A stretch of DNA of 64,000 nucleotides from an uncultured Ruminococcus sp. (GTDB taxonomy: Bacteria; Bacillota; Clostridia; Oscillospirales; CAG-382): contig CAZASH010000004.1 in NCBI GenBank assembly GCA_964487775.1, forward strand, positions 19,631 to 83,630, written 5' to 3'. The notes beneath the pieces were generated by a model. That model saw only the letters and a program-made list of their open reading frames with translations. It was not told the DNA's origin and did not search any database. Position numbers and translations under genes: made by a program. Within the stretch, counting starts at the first letter, position 1. Each line of letters starts with the position of its first letter. This document shows, piece after piece, positions 9,106 to 18,209 of this stretch.

Positions 9106-10741
9106 ACGAAACGAATGTGCCGAGCGTCATCCAAAACAGCATCTGCACGCCCAGCAGTCCGCTTGGCGAAACAAACAGCGCCGCAACCGGCAATACAAAC
9201 GCCACGGTTGCATAGCCGCACATCGAATATCTCAGCGAGCTTTGTCGTGATATGCGCAGTGATGACGGTATTGAGAGCGTCAGAATGACCAGTATGGCGG
9301 CAAATCCGAGCGCACCCGCAAGTCCGCTTTCTGCAGTTATCGCTCCAAATGCGCTGCCCTTCTGCAGCGTGTGCTTGCTGAATATCTCGCCGAGCGTATA
9401 TATAAGCGGCAAAGCGAATGCCGAGGTTATCAGCACAGTCAGCCGCCTTCTGAACGCAACAAGTATAAACAGCGCCGTGAACGCCGCCGCGTACACCCAT
9501 ATACTGCTGTCGAATATCAAGACGAGGCACGCTATCGAAAGCGCAAACGAAACAAAGCCATAAACCCTGTCGCGCTTGTCGCTGTTGCCGAGCATACACG
9601 TGAGTGTGAGCGGTATAGCACACGCAAAATATATGCCGAGCGCATCAGGCGAATAAGTGGGCGGTATGTCAAAAACTATCCTGCCGCTGAAAAACGGCAA
9701 TGACAGCAGATAGCGTATCAATTCAATAGCTGCTGCGACCGATATGCCAAGCGATATGCACGAGATATACCTCGAGTGCAGGTCGCTCGATCTCAACAGG
9801 TTGCGTGCCGTGAAATAGCTGATTATCGCAAAGACCTGTTCGCTGCCGCCTGAGCCGAGCATCAGCAAAATCGCTCTGTATACAAAATATAATATGACAA
9901 ATATGTCGATGGCGGACAGCTTGATGGTTCGCTTGCCCATCAGCACCTTGATGAGGTAGCCTGTCGCAGTGACCAGCATCAGCGCACCCAACGTGCCGCT
10001 GTCTACCAGCGGAATAAGCACTGCGCAAAGCAGCATCCCTGCCTCGGGATTGCATATCAGGAACAAAAATACGCACAGCCACGCCAAAAACAGCATTATG
10101 CGCGTCATCGGCACGAACACCGATATCGCCGCAAGTATTATATCGAGCAGCAAAACGAGAAATATGTCGCTTGAGCCTCTGTCGCCACGACGTAATTTCT
10201 GCATTTCAAAGCCGAGTCTGCCCTGGAATATCGCTCTGAAGAACGAGCTGCCCTCAAACACCGACGCAAGCTTGCGCCGTGACAATATCAAAGGCAGGCT
10301 GAATACGACCATCAGTGCGCACAGCATCAGATCTGCCGCGCCCGAAGCGACCGACAAAAAGCCAAGTTTTTCAAAAACAGTCACTCCGCCGCCGAGCAAG
10401 CCGAGAAAGAAGAGAAAGAAACCAAAGGTATGCAGCGGCTTGCGCAGCAAAAGGTCTATTGCCTTTCTTAGCGCATTGATAGCTGCACTGCGCTCGAGAA
10501 GCCTCGAAAAAAAGCTCTTGGCAGGTCGCAAAACTCTGCCATAGACATCGGTTTTGTTAACCATTCCGGCAAAGAGACCCGAGCCGAGTGCGCGGTCGAC
10601 CGAGCCGGGCGTGTCAAGCGCCCGACATATTGCCGATCTCTCAGCGCCCTCGGATATCTTTGCCGAAAGCAGCGAGAATGCGTATACTATCAGGCTGCCG
10701 TGCCTGTTTTCATTGTTATCGCTGCTGTAACTCATAATCAA
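9059..10741 (-). CDS. polytopic integral membrane protein (O-antigen ligase/polymerase-like topology, function unknown)
   Basis: 560 aa with more than 10 hydrophobic helices. It lies 7 nt downstream of trmD, so it is probably co-transcribed. No catalytic motif was recognised. Confidence 0.5.
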   Translation of the reverse strand: MIMSYSSDNNENRHGSLIVYAFSLLSAKISEGAERSAICRALDTPGSVDRALGSGLFAGMVNKTDVYGRVLRPAKSFFSRLLERSAAINALRKAIDLLLRKPLHTFGFFLFFLGLLGGGVTVFEKLGFLSVASGAADLMLCALMVVFSLPLILSRRKLASVFEGSSFFRAIFQGRLGFEMQKLRRGDRGSSDIFLVLLLDIILAAISVFVPMTRIMLFLAWLCVFLFLICNPEAGMLLCAVLIPLVDSGTLGALMLVTATGYLIKVLMGKRTIKLSAIDIFVILYFVYRAILLMLGSGGSEQVFAIISYFTARNLLRSSDLHSRYISCISLGISVAAAIELIRYLLSLPFFSGRIVFDIPPTYSPDALGIYFACAIPLTLTCMLGNSDKRDRVYGFVSFALSIACLVLIFDSSIWVYAAAFTALFILVAFRRRLTVLITSAFALPLIYTLGEIFSKHTLQKGSAFGAITAESGLAGALGFAAILVILTLSIPSSLRISRQSSLRYSMCGYATVAFVLPVAALFVSPSGLLGVQMLFWMTLGTFVSCEKMLERTAIDDENQ

Positions 10742-10748
10742 AAGATCC

Positions 10749-11432
10749 TCATTGCTCGAGCAGATCGGGGCGCTTGCGTTTTGTGCGCTCTATGCTCTGC
10801 TCGCGTTTCCACGCCGCCTGCAGTGCCGCGTTGCCGTTGATGAGCACCTCGGGCACGCAAAGCCCTTCAAATTCGCGTGGGCGTGTGTATTGCGGATATT
10901 CAAGCAAGCCGTCGGAGAGGCTCTCGTCTTCATAGCATTTTGAAGAGGGGAGCACCCCGGGAACGAGCCTCGAAACACAGTCGACCACTGTTGCGGCAGG
11001 CAATTCGCCGCCTGTCAGCACATAGTCGCCTATGCTTATTTCTTCGTCGATCTCGAGCTCTATTATGCGCTCGTCGATGCCCTCATAATGACCGCACAGC
11101 AGCACGAGGTTGTCATACTGCGACAGACGCACCGCCGTTTTTTGATCAAACAGTGCGCCCTGCGGTGACATATAGACGACCCTGACCGAGCCGACAAGAC
11201 GCGACTTGACGTCACGTATGCAGTCGACGACAGGCTGACAAGCCATCACCATGCCAAAGCCACCGCCATACGGCGTGTCGTCGACCCTGCGATGCTTGTC
11301 AAGCGAATAATCGCGTATATCAGTGCAGTTGACGCTGATATGTCCGTTTTTTATTCCTCTGCCTATGATGCTCGCGTCAAATATCGGACGCAGAGCATCG
11401 GGAAACAACGTCAGCACCTCAAAATTCATCAC
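10749..11432 (-). CDS. trmD: tRNA (guanine37-N1)-methyltransferase
   Basis: 227 aa with typical TrmD motifs: LTLFP, YGGGFGMVM, CGHYEGIDERI, GDYVLTGGELPA. Confidence 0.95.
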   Translation of the reverse strand: MMNFEVLTLFPDALRPIFDASIIGRGIKNGHISVNCTDIRDYSLDKHRRVDDTPYGGGFGMVMACQPVVDCIRDVKSRLVGSVRVVYMSPQGALFDQKTAVRLSQYDNLVLLCGHYEGIDERIIELEIDEEISIGDYVLTGGELPAATVVDCVSRLVPGVLPSSKCYEDESLSDGLLEYPQYTRPREFEGLCVPEVLINGNAALQAAWKREQSIERTKRKRPDLLEQ

Positions 11433-11932
11433 TTTGCCTCCACGGCGAGGTCGCCGTAATTGCGCAGAAAAACGCCTTTTTCGGGTGATGCCGATGCAAT
11501 AAACTCGTCGACATTAGGCACATAATATTCCTTGCTGCCGCCTGTTATCCTATAATAATAGCTGCTTGCGCCCTCGTCGACGGCAGAAACCCTGCCGAGC
11601 TCCTCGCCGCTGTCGGCGTCAAACACAGGACACCCGACGATGTCATCAAAAAAGAATACACCCTCGGGAAGCTGAATATCGTTCCTGTCAAAATAGACAG
11701 TGCGGCCTGTGAGAGAAGCCGCAAGAGTGCGGTCCTCATAGCCGATAAATGTAACGGTCGAAACGCTGAGGCGATACTCTTTGACCTTGAGCGGACGCTT
11801 GCCCTCGTCGTCGAGGTAAAGCGTGCCGACATCCTCTAAGAATTCAAGAGAATCGCACCAGCAATCAAACCTGATCTCGCCTTTTATGCCGCGCGGCGAA
11901 TTGAGCCTGCCGGCCTCGAGATATCTGCGCAT
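11429..11932 (-). CDS. rimM: 16S rRNA processing protein RimM
   Basis: 167 aa with an N-terminal GRL..P.GIKGE motif and a PRC barrel. It sits in the conserved position between the KH protein gene and trmD. Confidence 0.9.
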   Translation of the reverse strand: MRRYLEAGRLNSPRGIKGEIRFDCWCDSLEFLEDVGTLYLDDEGKRPLKVKEYRLSVSTVTFIGYEDRTLAASLTGRTVYFDRNDIQLPEGVFFFDDIVGCPVFDADSGEELGRVSAVDEGASSYYYRITGGSKEYYVPNVDEFIASASPEKGVFLRNYGDLAVEAK

Positions 11933-12159
11933 CAGACTATCTCGACGATGACGCGCTTGTTCTCACGAACAGCAGCCGCCTTCATGACCGTGCGAATGCT
12001 CTTGGCGATCTTGCCGCCGCGACCGATTACCTTGCCCATATCGCTTTTAGCGACAGACAGCTCAAGCATAACGGTCGAACCGCTGACCTTTTCGGTAACA
12101 GCGACCTCGTCGGGCTTGTCAACTATCGCCTTGGCGATGTCGATAAGGATCTGTTTCAT
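11932..12159 (-). CDS. KH-domain RNA-binding protein (YlqC family)
   Basis: 75 aa with the VIGRGGKIAKSIRTV KH GXXG motif, in the conserved position after rpsP. Confidence 0.85.
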   Translation of the reverse strand: MKQILIDIAKAIVDKPDEVAVTEKVSGSTVMLELSVAKSDMGKVIGRGGKIAKSIRTVMKAAAVRENKRVIVEIV

Positions 12160-12173
12160 TGATAATTCCTCAC

Positions 12174-12416
12174 TCAGATAATGCCGTTCTTTTTAAGCAG
12201 AGCTTTGACGGTCTCGGTGGGCTGTGCACCGTTGCCGATCCAGGTCTTGACCTTCTCTGCGTCTACCGAAAAATCAGCAGGATCCTTCATCGGGTTGTAA
12301 TAACCGATCTCCTCGATGAATCTGCCGTCGCGGGGGAAACGAGAGTCTGCAACAACGATGCGATAGAAGGGAGCTTTCTTTGCGCCCATTCTTCTGAGTC
12401 TGATTTTAACTGCCAT
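12174..12416 (-). CDS. rpsP: 30S ribosomal protein S16
   Basis: 80 aa beginning [26 protein letters not shown]. Confidence 0.95.
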   Translation of the reverse strand: MAVKIRLRRMGAKKAPFYRIVVADSRFPRDGRFIEEIGYYNPMKDPADFSVDAEKVKTWIGNGAQPTETVKALLKKNGII

Positions 12417-12472
12417 GATATTTTCCTTTCAAGAAAAAAGTTTGTTTTATTTTATTCGTTTGAATAACTGTG

Positions 12473-13813
12473 TCAGAAGGGCAACCCCGTGCCCTTAAAG
12501 CCCTTGCCTCTGCGCTTGCCGCCACGCATCATAGACTTCATCATCTGCTTCATCTGATCGTATTGCTTGAGCAGGCGGTTGATCTCCTCGACCGTAGTGC
12601 CGCTGCCTGCCGCAATGCGGCGCTTGCGTGATGAGCCGAGAATGTCTGGCTTTGCGCGTTCCCTGGGCGTCATCGAAAGAATGATAGCTTCGATGTGTGC
12701 GAGCGCCTTCTCGTCGACCTTGGCGTCCTTGAGTGCGCCCGGCTTGATGCCCGGCATCATGCCCATGAGCGAATCGAGGCTGCCCATGTTCTTGATCTGC
12801 CTGAGCTGATCAAGAAAATCGTCGAGCGTAAAGCTCTGCTCGCGTAATTTGCGCTCCATCTCGGCTGCCTGCTTTTGGTCGATGGCCTGCTCTGCCTTTT
12901 CGATAAGTGTCAGAACGTCGCCCATGCCGAGAATGCGGCTTGCTATGCGGTCGGGATAGAACGGCTCGATGGCATCCAGCTTTTCGCCGACGCCGATGAA
13001 TTTGATAGGCTTGCCGGTGATATATTTGATCGAGAGCGCCGCACCGCCGCGTGTGTCGCCGTCCATCTTGGTGAGGATAACACCCGTGATGTCGAGCGTG
13101 TCGTTGAAGGTTTGAGCGACATTGACTGCGTCCTGGCCGGTCATCGAGTCGACGACCAGCAATATATCATCAGGCTCGACTGCCGATTTGATGTTGACGA
13201 GCTCTGTCATAAGCTGCTCGTCGATGTGCAATCTGCCCGCGGTATCGATTATAACGAGGTCGTGATCGTATTTTGCGGCGTATGTGATAGCCTGCTTTGC
13301 GGTCTCGACAGGGTTTTGAGTGCCGCGTTCGAAAACAGGAACGCCGACCTGCTCTGCCACGACCTGCAATTGCTTGATCGCAGCGGGGCGGTATATGTCA
13401 CAGGCGACCAGCAGCGGGCTCTTGCCCTGCTTTTTGTACATACGAGCAAGCTTTGCCGCGTGTGTTGTCTTGCCTGCGCCCTGCAAGCCGCACATAAGCA
13501 CGACCGTAGGCGGCTTTGACGAAATATTGAGCTTTGCCGTGCCGCCGCCCATGATGGCGATAAGCTCTTCGTTGACTATTTTAACTATCTGTTGAGCGGG
13601 CAAAAGGCTCTCGAGCACCTCTGTGCCGACAGCACGCTCGCTGACCTTGGCGACGAACGCCTTGACGACCTTAAAGTTGACGTCGGCTTCAAGCAGCGCA
13701 AGCTTGATCTCGCGCATACCCTCTTTGATGTCGGCTTCTGTGAGCTTGCCCTTGCTGCGGAATTTTTTGAAAGCCGCAGATAATTTTTCAGAAAGACCTG
13801 AAAGCATCGCCAT
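12473..13813 (-). CDS. ffh: signal recognition particle protein Ffh
   Basis: 446 aa with an N/G domain (GLQGAGKTT, DTAGR, TKMDGD) and a Met-rich M domain. Confidence 0.95.
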   Translation of the reverse strand: MAMLSGLSEKLSAAFKKFRSKGKLTEADIKEGMREIKLALLEADVNFKVVKAFVAKVSERAVGTEVLESLLPAQQIVKIVNEELIAIMGGGTAKLNISSKPPTVVLMCGLQGAGKTTHAAKLARMYKKQGKSPLLVACDIYRPAAIKQLQVVAEQVGVPVFERGTQNPVETAKQAITYAAKYDHDLVIIDTAGRLHIDEQLMTELVNIKSAVEPDDILLVVDSMTGQDAVNVAQTFNDTLDITGVILTKMDGDTRGGAALSIKYITGKPIKFIGVGEKLDAIEPFYPDRIASRILGMGDVLTLIEKAEQAIDQKQAAEMERKLREQSFTLDDFLDQLRQIKNMGSLDSLMGMMPGIKPGALKDAKVDEKALAHIEAIILSMTPRERAKPDILGSSRKRRIAAGSGTTVEEINRLLKQYDQMKQMMKSMMRGGKRRGKGFKGTGLPF

Positions 13814-13836
13814 TAGGCATAATCTCCTTTATAAAA

Positions 13837-14151
13837 TCACAGCGCAATTATCTGCTCGGCGATCGCCTTGACGTCGGCGTCGTTTGTGGTGCTGATGATC
13901 TTGCTCGCAAGCTCTGAAATATGCTTGCTTTTTTGCACCAGCCCGAGCACAGACTCGATGTGAGACAGCTCTGCCTCGCCTCGCCTGATGGCGTCGTGTG
14001 CGCCCTGACGACTTATGCCGAGGCTCTCGGCGATCTCTGAAAGCGAGAGATCGTCGCAATAATAAAGCTCTATGCAGTCTCGGCAGGACTGCGTCAGCAG
14101 ACCGCCATATGTGTCAAAAAGCGTTATGATCTCATCGCGTTTTTGGCTCAA
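13837..14151 (-). CDS. ylxM: UPF0122/YlxM putative DNA-binding protein
   Basis: The sequence LSQKRDEIITLFDTYGGLLT...YYCDDLSLSEIAE...SRQG matches the YlxM pattern. Start was set to TTG 14151 (SD AAGGCGG), because the longer track ORF begins inside its own TTGACA/TATAAT promoter. Confidence 0.75.
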   Translation of the reverse strand: MSQKRDEIITLFDTYGGLLTQSCRDCIELYYCDDLSLSEIAESLGISRQGAHDAIRRGEAELSHIESVLGLVQKSKHISELASKIISTTNDADVKAIAEQIIAL

Positions 14152-14191
14152 ATCGCACACCGCCTTGCCTGTAAAGTAAATTGCTTTACAC

Positions 14192-14220
14192 ATTATAACC
14201 GCAACTAATGCATTTGTCAA
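14192..14220 (-). promoter_or_regulatory. sigma-A promoter of the ylxM-ffh operon (perfect consensus)
   Basis: The reverse strand reads TTGACA (14220-14215), a 17-nt spacer, then TATAAT (14197-14192). Confidence 0.7.
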
Positions 14221-14251
14221 TGGTTTTTTGCACTTTTTTTGCCGTGCACCC

Positions 14252-14280
14252 TTGTTAATTTCAATTCTTTAGTGTATAAT
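14252..14280 (+). promoter_or_regulatory. sigma-A promoter with extended -10
   Basis: TTGTTA, a 17-nt spacer ending in TG, then TATAAT (14275-14280), upstream of the 14305 gene. Confidence 0.55.
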
Positions 14281-14304
14281 GCTGTTTGACAGGAGGTGTT
14301 TTGC

Positions 14305-14697
14305 TTGTCAAAAAAACAATTAAAGCTTTTTGCGGTTATCGTGGCGGCTTCGCTTGCGGCGTGCGCCCTGCTTTCGGCTGCCGCATATTATATAGCGATC
14401 AGCGTTAACGCGCCTATCGAATACAAAGACTTCGAGGGCATCGACGTGCAGTACGAAGACAACGTCTTTACCATCACTGTCGACTCAAAGGCGGGCGGCT
14501 TGTTTTGCAGCTCGTTCAAGACCTCGGTCGACGATGACGGCAAGATGTATCTGACCATATACGGCGTACCCACGGCGTCTGAGAACTCGACCTTCACCGC
14601 CTCGTTCACAGTGCCCGACGGTGTCAAGGAGATCAGATATAAATATAAGCACGAAGAAACCAAATTGCGCACGATAGTTTATAATACGGAGGACTAA
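14305..14697 (+). CDS. hypothetical exported/membrane-anchored protein
   Basis: The ORF has the N-terminal TM LFAVIVAASLAACALLSAAAYYIAI. Start is probably TTG 14305 (AGGAGG 8 nt upstream) rather than the GTG 14296 given in the track. Confidence 0.5.
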   Translation: MSKKQLKLFAVIVAASLAACALLSAAAYYIAISVNAPIEYKDFEGIDVQYEDNVFTITVDSKAGGLFCSSFKTSVDDDGKMYLTIYGVPTASENSTFTASFTVPDGVKEIRYKYKHEETKLRTIVYNTED

Positions 14698-14702
14698 AAT
14701 TA

Positions 14703-15338
14703 ATGCTCAAAAAGATCTTTGCCGCTCTGACGGTGCTCGTTATGCTTTTCGCGCTCTGCGCCTGCAGCAACAATGTCGTTGACGACACAAGCGTTCCCGA
14801 CGGCTGCCTTTTGTTCAAAAACGATGCGGCAGATTATACCTTTATCTATAACGAGGATTGGACTGTCGACTATCAGACAGGCATATCCTCGCTTCAAAAG
14901 AATACTGCCAACAGCAGCGTAGCCGCAACCTATGCGCGCATATCCGTCATGGCGTTTGACGGCGGCGATTGCGAGAGCGTAAGAGAATATTGGGAGGCTT
15001 ATAAATCAGAGATCAAAGCCAACTATGGCTCGTTTGCGGTCGACGAAGACAGCAAAGAGACCGACGACAGCGGCAAGACCACCGAGGGCATCGAGATCAA
15101 GCTTGACGATGCGGCAGCGCTCAGGGTCAAATACACCGCCGACCTCAACCGCTCTGAAGATACCTCGGCAGAGAAGATCGCTTATACCTTTGAGCAGGTC
15201 ATATGCCTGCGCAACGGCAGTATGTATATAATCACCTTCTCGGCTCGCGGCGAGGACTATGACACCTGTCTTGCAGGCTTTGAGCAGGTCATAAGCTCGT
15301 TTGAATTTAAAAAAGATCTCATCAGCAATCTTTTTTAA
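14703..15338 (+). CDS. putative lipoprotein
   Basis: 211 aa with the signal peptide and lipobox-like sequence MLKKIFAALTVLVMLFALCACSNN. Confidence 0.6.
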   Translation: MLKKIFAALTVLVMLFALCACSNNVVDDTSVPDGCLLFKNDAADYTFIYNEDWTVDYQTGISSLQKNTANSSVAATYARISVMAFDGGDCESVREYWEAYKSEIKANYGSFAVDEDSKETDDSGKTTEGIEIKLDDAAALRVKYTADLNRSEDTSAEKIAYTFEQVICLRNGSMYIITFSARGEDYDTCLAGFEQVISSFEFKKDLISNLF

Positions 15339-15346
15339 AAAAACGC

Positions 15347-15375
15347 TTGACAATCGCATCTGTTGATGATATAAT
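15347..15375 (+). promoter_or_regulatory. sigma-A promoter of tRNA-Val (perfect consensus)
   Basis: TTGACA (15347-52), a 17-nt spacer, then TATAAT (15370-75). Confidence 0.7.
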
Positions 15376-15404
15376 ACCATTCGCCGACAGCAGTCGGCGT
15401 GTTC

Positions 15405-15477
15405 GGAGGGTTAGCTCAGTTGGGAGAGCATCTGCCTTACAAGCAGGGGGTCACAGGTTCGAGCCCTGTACTCTCCA
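15405..15477 (+). tRNA. tRNA-Val (anticodon UAC)
   Basis: The 73-nt cloverleaf was read by eye. The acceptor pairs GGAGGGT with ACTCTCC, the D arm is GCTCAGTTGGGAGAGC, the anticodon loop is CTTACAA and the T arm is ACAGGTTCGAGCCCTGT. No CCA is encoded. Confidence 0.9.
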
Positions 15478-15496
15478 TTTCAGGCATTTAGCAAAG

Positions 15497-15526
15497 CAGT
15501 CTGCAAGCGCAGGCTGTTTTTGTTTT
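15497..15526 (+). terminator. intrinsic terminator after tRNA-Val
   Basis: CAGTCTGC-AAGC-GCAGGCTG hairpin followed by TTTTTGTTTT. Confidence 0.65.
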
Positions 15527-15551
15527 ATAAAGCAATCAAAAACAACAAAAA

Positions 15552-15581
15552 GACCGTCCGAAAAGCGATTTTTCGGACGGT
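15552..15581 (-). terminator. intrinsic (bidirectional) terminator after the flavoprotein gene
   Basis: 13-bp stem GACCGTCCGAAAA / TTTTCGGACGGTC with loop GCGA, flanked by an A-run and a T-run. Confidence 0.7.
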
Positions 15582-15588
15582 CAGCTTT

Positions 15589-16122
15589 TTATGCGTTTTT
15601 GCCTGCGTTGTATGCCTCGAGCATCGCCGATGACGATCTGATCTCGCCTTTTTCATAAGCACCCATGCCGTATATAACGCCTTTTTCGACTGCTCCCTCG
15701 ATACAGTCGGCGTATCCTCTAAAGCATTGCAATGTGGTTTCTGCGGCGGCATTCTCACCGTCGGCAGCGGTGACGATATAATAAAGCTCTTTGTTTTTGA
15801 CCTCGAGCCATCTTGCGACTGTGCGGTCGATGACTGCCTTGAGCTGTGCATCGATGGAATAGAAATATACCGGGCTCGCAAGAACTATCACATCGGCATC
15901 GATCATCCTTTGCAAAACCTCTGCCATGTCGTCTTTTATCGCACAGACACCTGTTTCGCGGCAGGCGTAGCACGCACGGCAATAGCCAATGCTTTTTTCT
16001 GCAACACGAATTTTTTCGACCTCGTTTCCTGCCTCAAGAGCGCCCCTCATAAACTCATCGCAGAGTATATCCGAATTGCCGTTTTTGCGCGGACTGCCCG
16101 AAAGTATCAATATTTTTTTCAT
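15589..16122 (-). CDS. flavodoxin-like NAD(P)H-dependent FMN reductase / iron-sulfur flavoprotein
   Basis: Start is ATG 16122 (MKKILILSGSPRKNGNS), with SD AAAGGAG. It carries the Cys cluster CRACYACRETGVC typical of Isf-type proteins. Confidence 0.8.
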   Translation of the reverse strand: MKKILILSGSPRKNGNSDILCDEFMRGALEAGNEVEKIRVAEKSIGYCRACYACRETGVCAIKDDMAEVLQRMIDADVIVLASPVYFYSIDAQLKAVIDRTVARWLEVKNKELYYIVTAADGENAAAETTLQCFRGYADCIEGAVEKGVIYGMGAYEKGEIRSSSAMLEAYNAGKNA

Positions 16123-16127
16123 TGTGC

Positions 16128-17015
16128 TTACCACTCCTTTTTTTCTTTTGTGTGATCGTCGTTGTGCTTGCGCTGCTCTACCATCTTGACGAACCACTCG
16201 ACCATCTGCGGATCTGTGTGGCTGAAGAACGACGAAGCACCCTTGTCGAGCGTTTGTATCTTTTGCATATCGTCGCTTTGGAGTTCAAAGTCAAAGACAC
16301 TGAAATTCTCGCGCATTCTTTCTATATGCGTTGATTTTGGAATAACGACTATGCCTCGCTGAATATGCCAGCGCAATATTACCTGCGCTGCCGTCTTGCC
16401 GTATTTTTTGCCTATTTCGGTCAGGAGAGGCTCATCAAACATACCGTTTCTGCCCTCGCCAAACGGAGCCCACGCCTCGGGGGTAACGCCGTATTTTCTG
16501 TTCCACTCGATGGCGGCGGTCTGCTGGTGGTGAGGATGTATCTCTATCTGGTTGACAGCGGGGACGGTGCGCGCAAAGCTTGCAAGGTCGACCATGCGGT
16601 CGGGTGCGAAGTTGGATATGCCGATGGCTTTTATCCTGCCCTCTGCCATAAGATCCTCGAGCGCGCGGTATGCGCCGTAAACATCTGCAAACGGTTGGTG
16701 CAAAAGGCACAGGTCGATATAATCTGTCTTTAGCTTTTCGAGCGACTGCATGACAGAGGCACGGCATTCGTCATAGCCGTAGTGCTCTATCCAGACCTTT
16801 GTGGTCAGGAATATTTCGCTGCGCTCTATTCCGCTTTTGGCTATGGCATTGCCGACCTCTGGCTCGTTGAAATAGCTTTGTGCGGTATCGATGAGCCGAT
16901 AGCCCACATCCAGCGCATCGAGAACGCATCTCTCGCACTCGCCCTTTGAGACCTGATAAACCCCATAACCCAGCATGGGCATTTTTGTGCCGTTATTTAA
17001 TGTGATATAAAGCAT
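16128..17015 (-). CDS. aldo/keto reductase
   Basis: 295 aa with AKR motifs: GYGVYQV, DTAQSY.NE, LTTKVW, LHQP, IGISNF, IPKS....R..EN. Confidence 0.9.
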   Translation of the reverse strand: MLYITLNNGTKMPMLGYGVYQVSKGECERCVLDALDVGYRLIDTAQSYFNEPEVGNAIAKSGIERSEIFLTTKVWIEHYGYDECRASVMQSLEKLKTDYIDLCLLHQPFADVYGAYRALEDLMAEGRIKAIGISNFAPDRMVDLASFARTVPAVNQIEIHPHHQQTAAIEWNRKYGVTPEAWAPFGEGRNGMFDEPLLTEIGKKYGKTAAQVILRWHIQRGIVVIPKSTHIERMRENFSVFDFELQSDDMQKIQTLDKGASSFFSHTDPQMVEWFVKMVEQRKHNDDHTKEKKEW

Positions 17016-17133
17016 TTGTTTACATCTCCCTGTTGAAAAATTTGGTTTTTGGGTTTATAACCATAGATGTATTATACAACCAAGATGATAGGGCATGTCA
17101 AGTACTTTTTTAATATTTTAGGGGGGAATTGTT

Positions 17134-17997
17134 ATGTGGATTATAGCTGCGGTGCTTTCGGCACTGTTTGCGGGACTGACCTCGGTGCTTGCCAAATGCG
17201 GCATCAAAAAGACAGACTCGGACCTCGCAACTGCTTTGCGCACGATAGTTGTATTGCTGTTTGCGTGGATAATGGTGTTTGTCGTCGGATCATACGACGG
17301 GATAACCGCCATACAGCCTCGTTCGCTTTTGTTTTTGGTGCTGTCGGGGCTTGCGACGGGAGCATCGTGGATATGCTATTTCAAGGCACTTTCTAAGGGC
17401 GATGTCAACAAGGTCGTGCCGATCGACAAATCGAGCACTGTTTTGACGGTTTTGCTTGCGATAATATGCTTTGACGAAACAAGCAACCTCGTTATAAAGC
17501 TTATTGCGACGGTGATACTCGCGGTCGGCATTTATATGATGGTCGAAAAAAAGCAGTCGGACGGCAAGAAAAGCCGTGGCTGGATGATATATGCATTTCT
17601 GTCGGCGATATTCGCCGCGCTCACGTCGATACTCGCCAAGGTGGGCATCACTGGCGTTGAATCAAACCTCGGCACTGCAATACGCACGTTTGTCGTGCTC
17701 GTTATGGCGTGGCTCATCGTGCTTGTCAAGGGCAAGCAGACGCAGATAAAGCATATCGACAGGCGAGAATTGCTGTTTATAATACTTTCCGGCGTCGCAA
17801 CAGGCGCATCGTGGCTGTGCTATTATTATGCCATACAAAACGGCGACGTCACGGTCGTTGTCCCGATAGACAAGCTGAGCATAGTCGTGACTGTGCTGTT
17901 CTCGTATGTCGTGTTTAAAGAGAAGCTGTCTAAAAAATCCTTTGCAGGACTTTGCCTCATGGTCGCAGGCACACTGCTTATGGCATTCTTTAAGTGA
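17134..17997 (+). CDS. EamA/DMT-family transporter
   Basis: 287 aa comprising two internally repeated 5-TM halves (...FAGLTSVLAKCGI... and ...FAALTSILAKVGI...). Confidence 0.85.
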   Translation: MWIIAAVLSALFAGLTSVLAKCGIKKTDSDLATALRTIVVLLFAWIMVFVVGSYDGITAIQPRSLLFLVLSGLATGASWICYFKALSKGDVNKVVPIDKSSTVLTVLLAIICFDETSNLVIKLIATVILAVGIYMMVEKKQSDGKKSRGWMIYAFLSAIFAALTSILAKVGITGVESNLGTAIRTFVVLVMAWLIVLVKGKQTQIKHIDRRELLFIILSGVATGASWLCYYYAIQNGDVTVVVPIDKLSIVVTVLFSYVVFKEKLSKKSFAGLCLMVAGTLLMAFFK

Positions 17998-18209
17998 TAT
18001 GCAGACAAAAATCGCAAAATCAATTTTTTGTCAGCCTTAGAACTAACAGTTTTCTGAAATACATTCTGAACGAATAACAAAGAAAATGCAGCAGACCATC
18101 CTGGCCGTACTGCATTTTTTATATATTTGCTCTCGATATGAGCTCGTGTTTTGACTTGCATTTTTAAAAACATGCAATTGAATCCGCGACGGTAAGCGTA
18201 TGCATGAAA

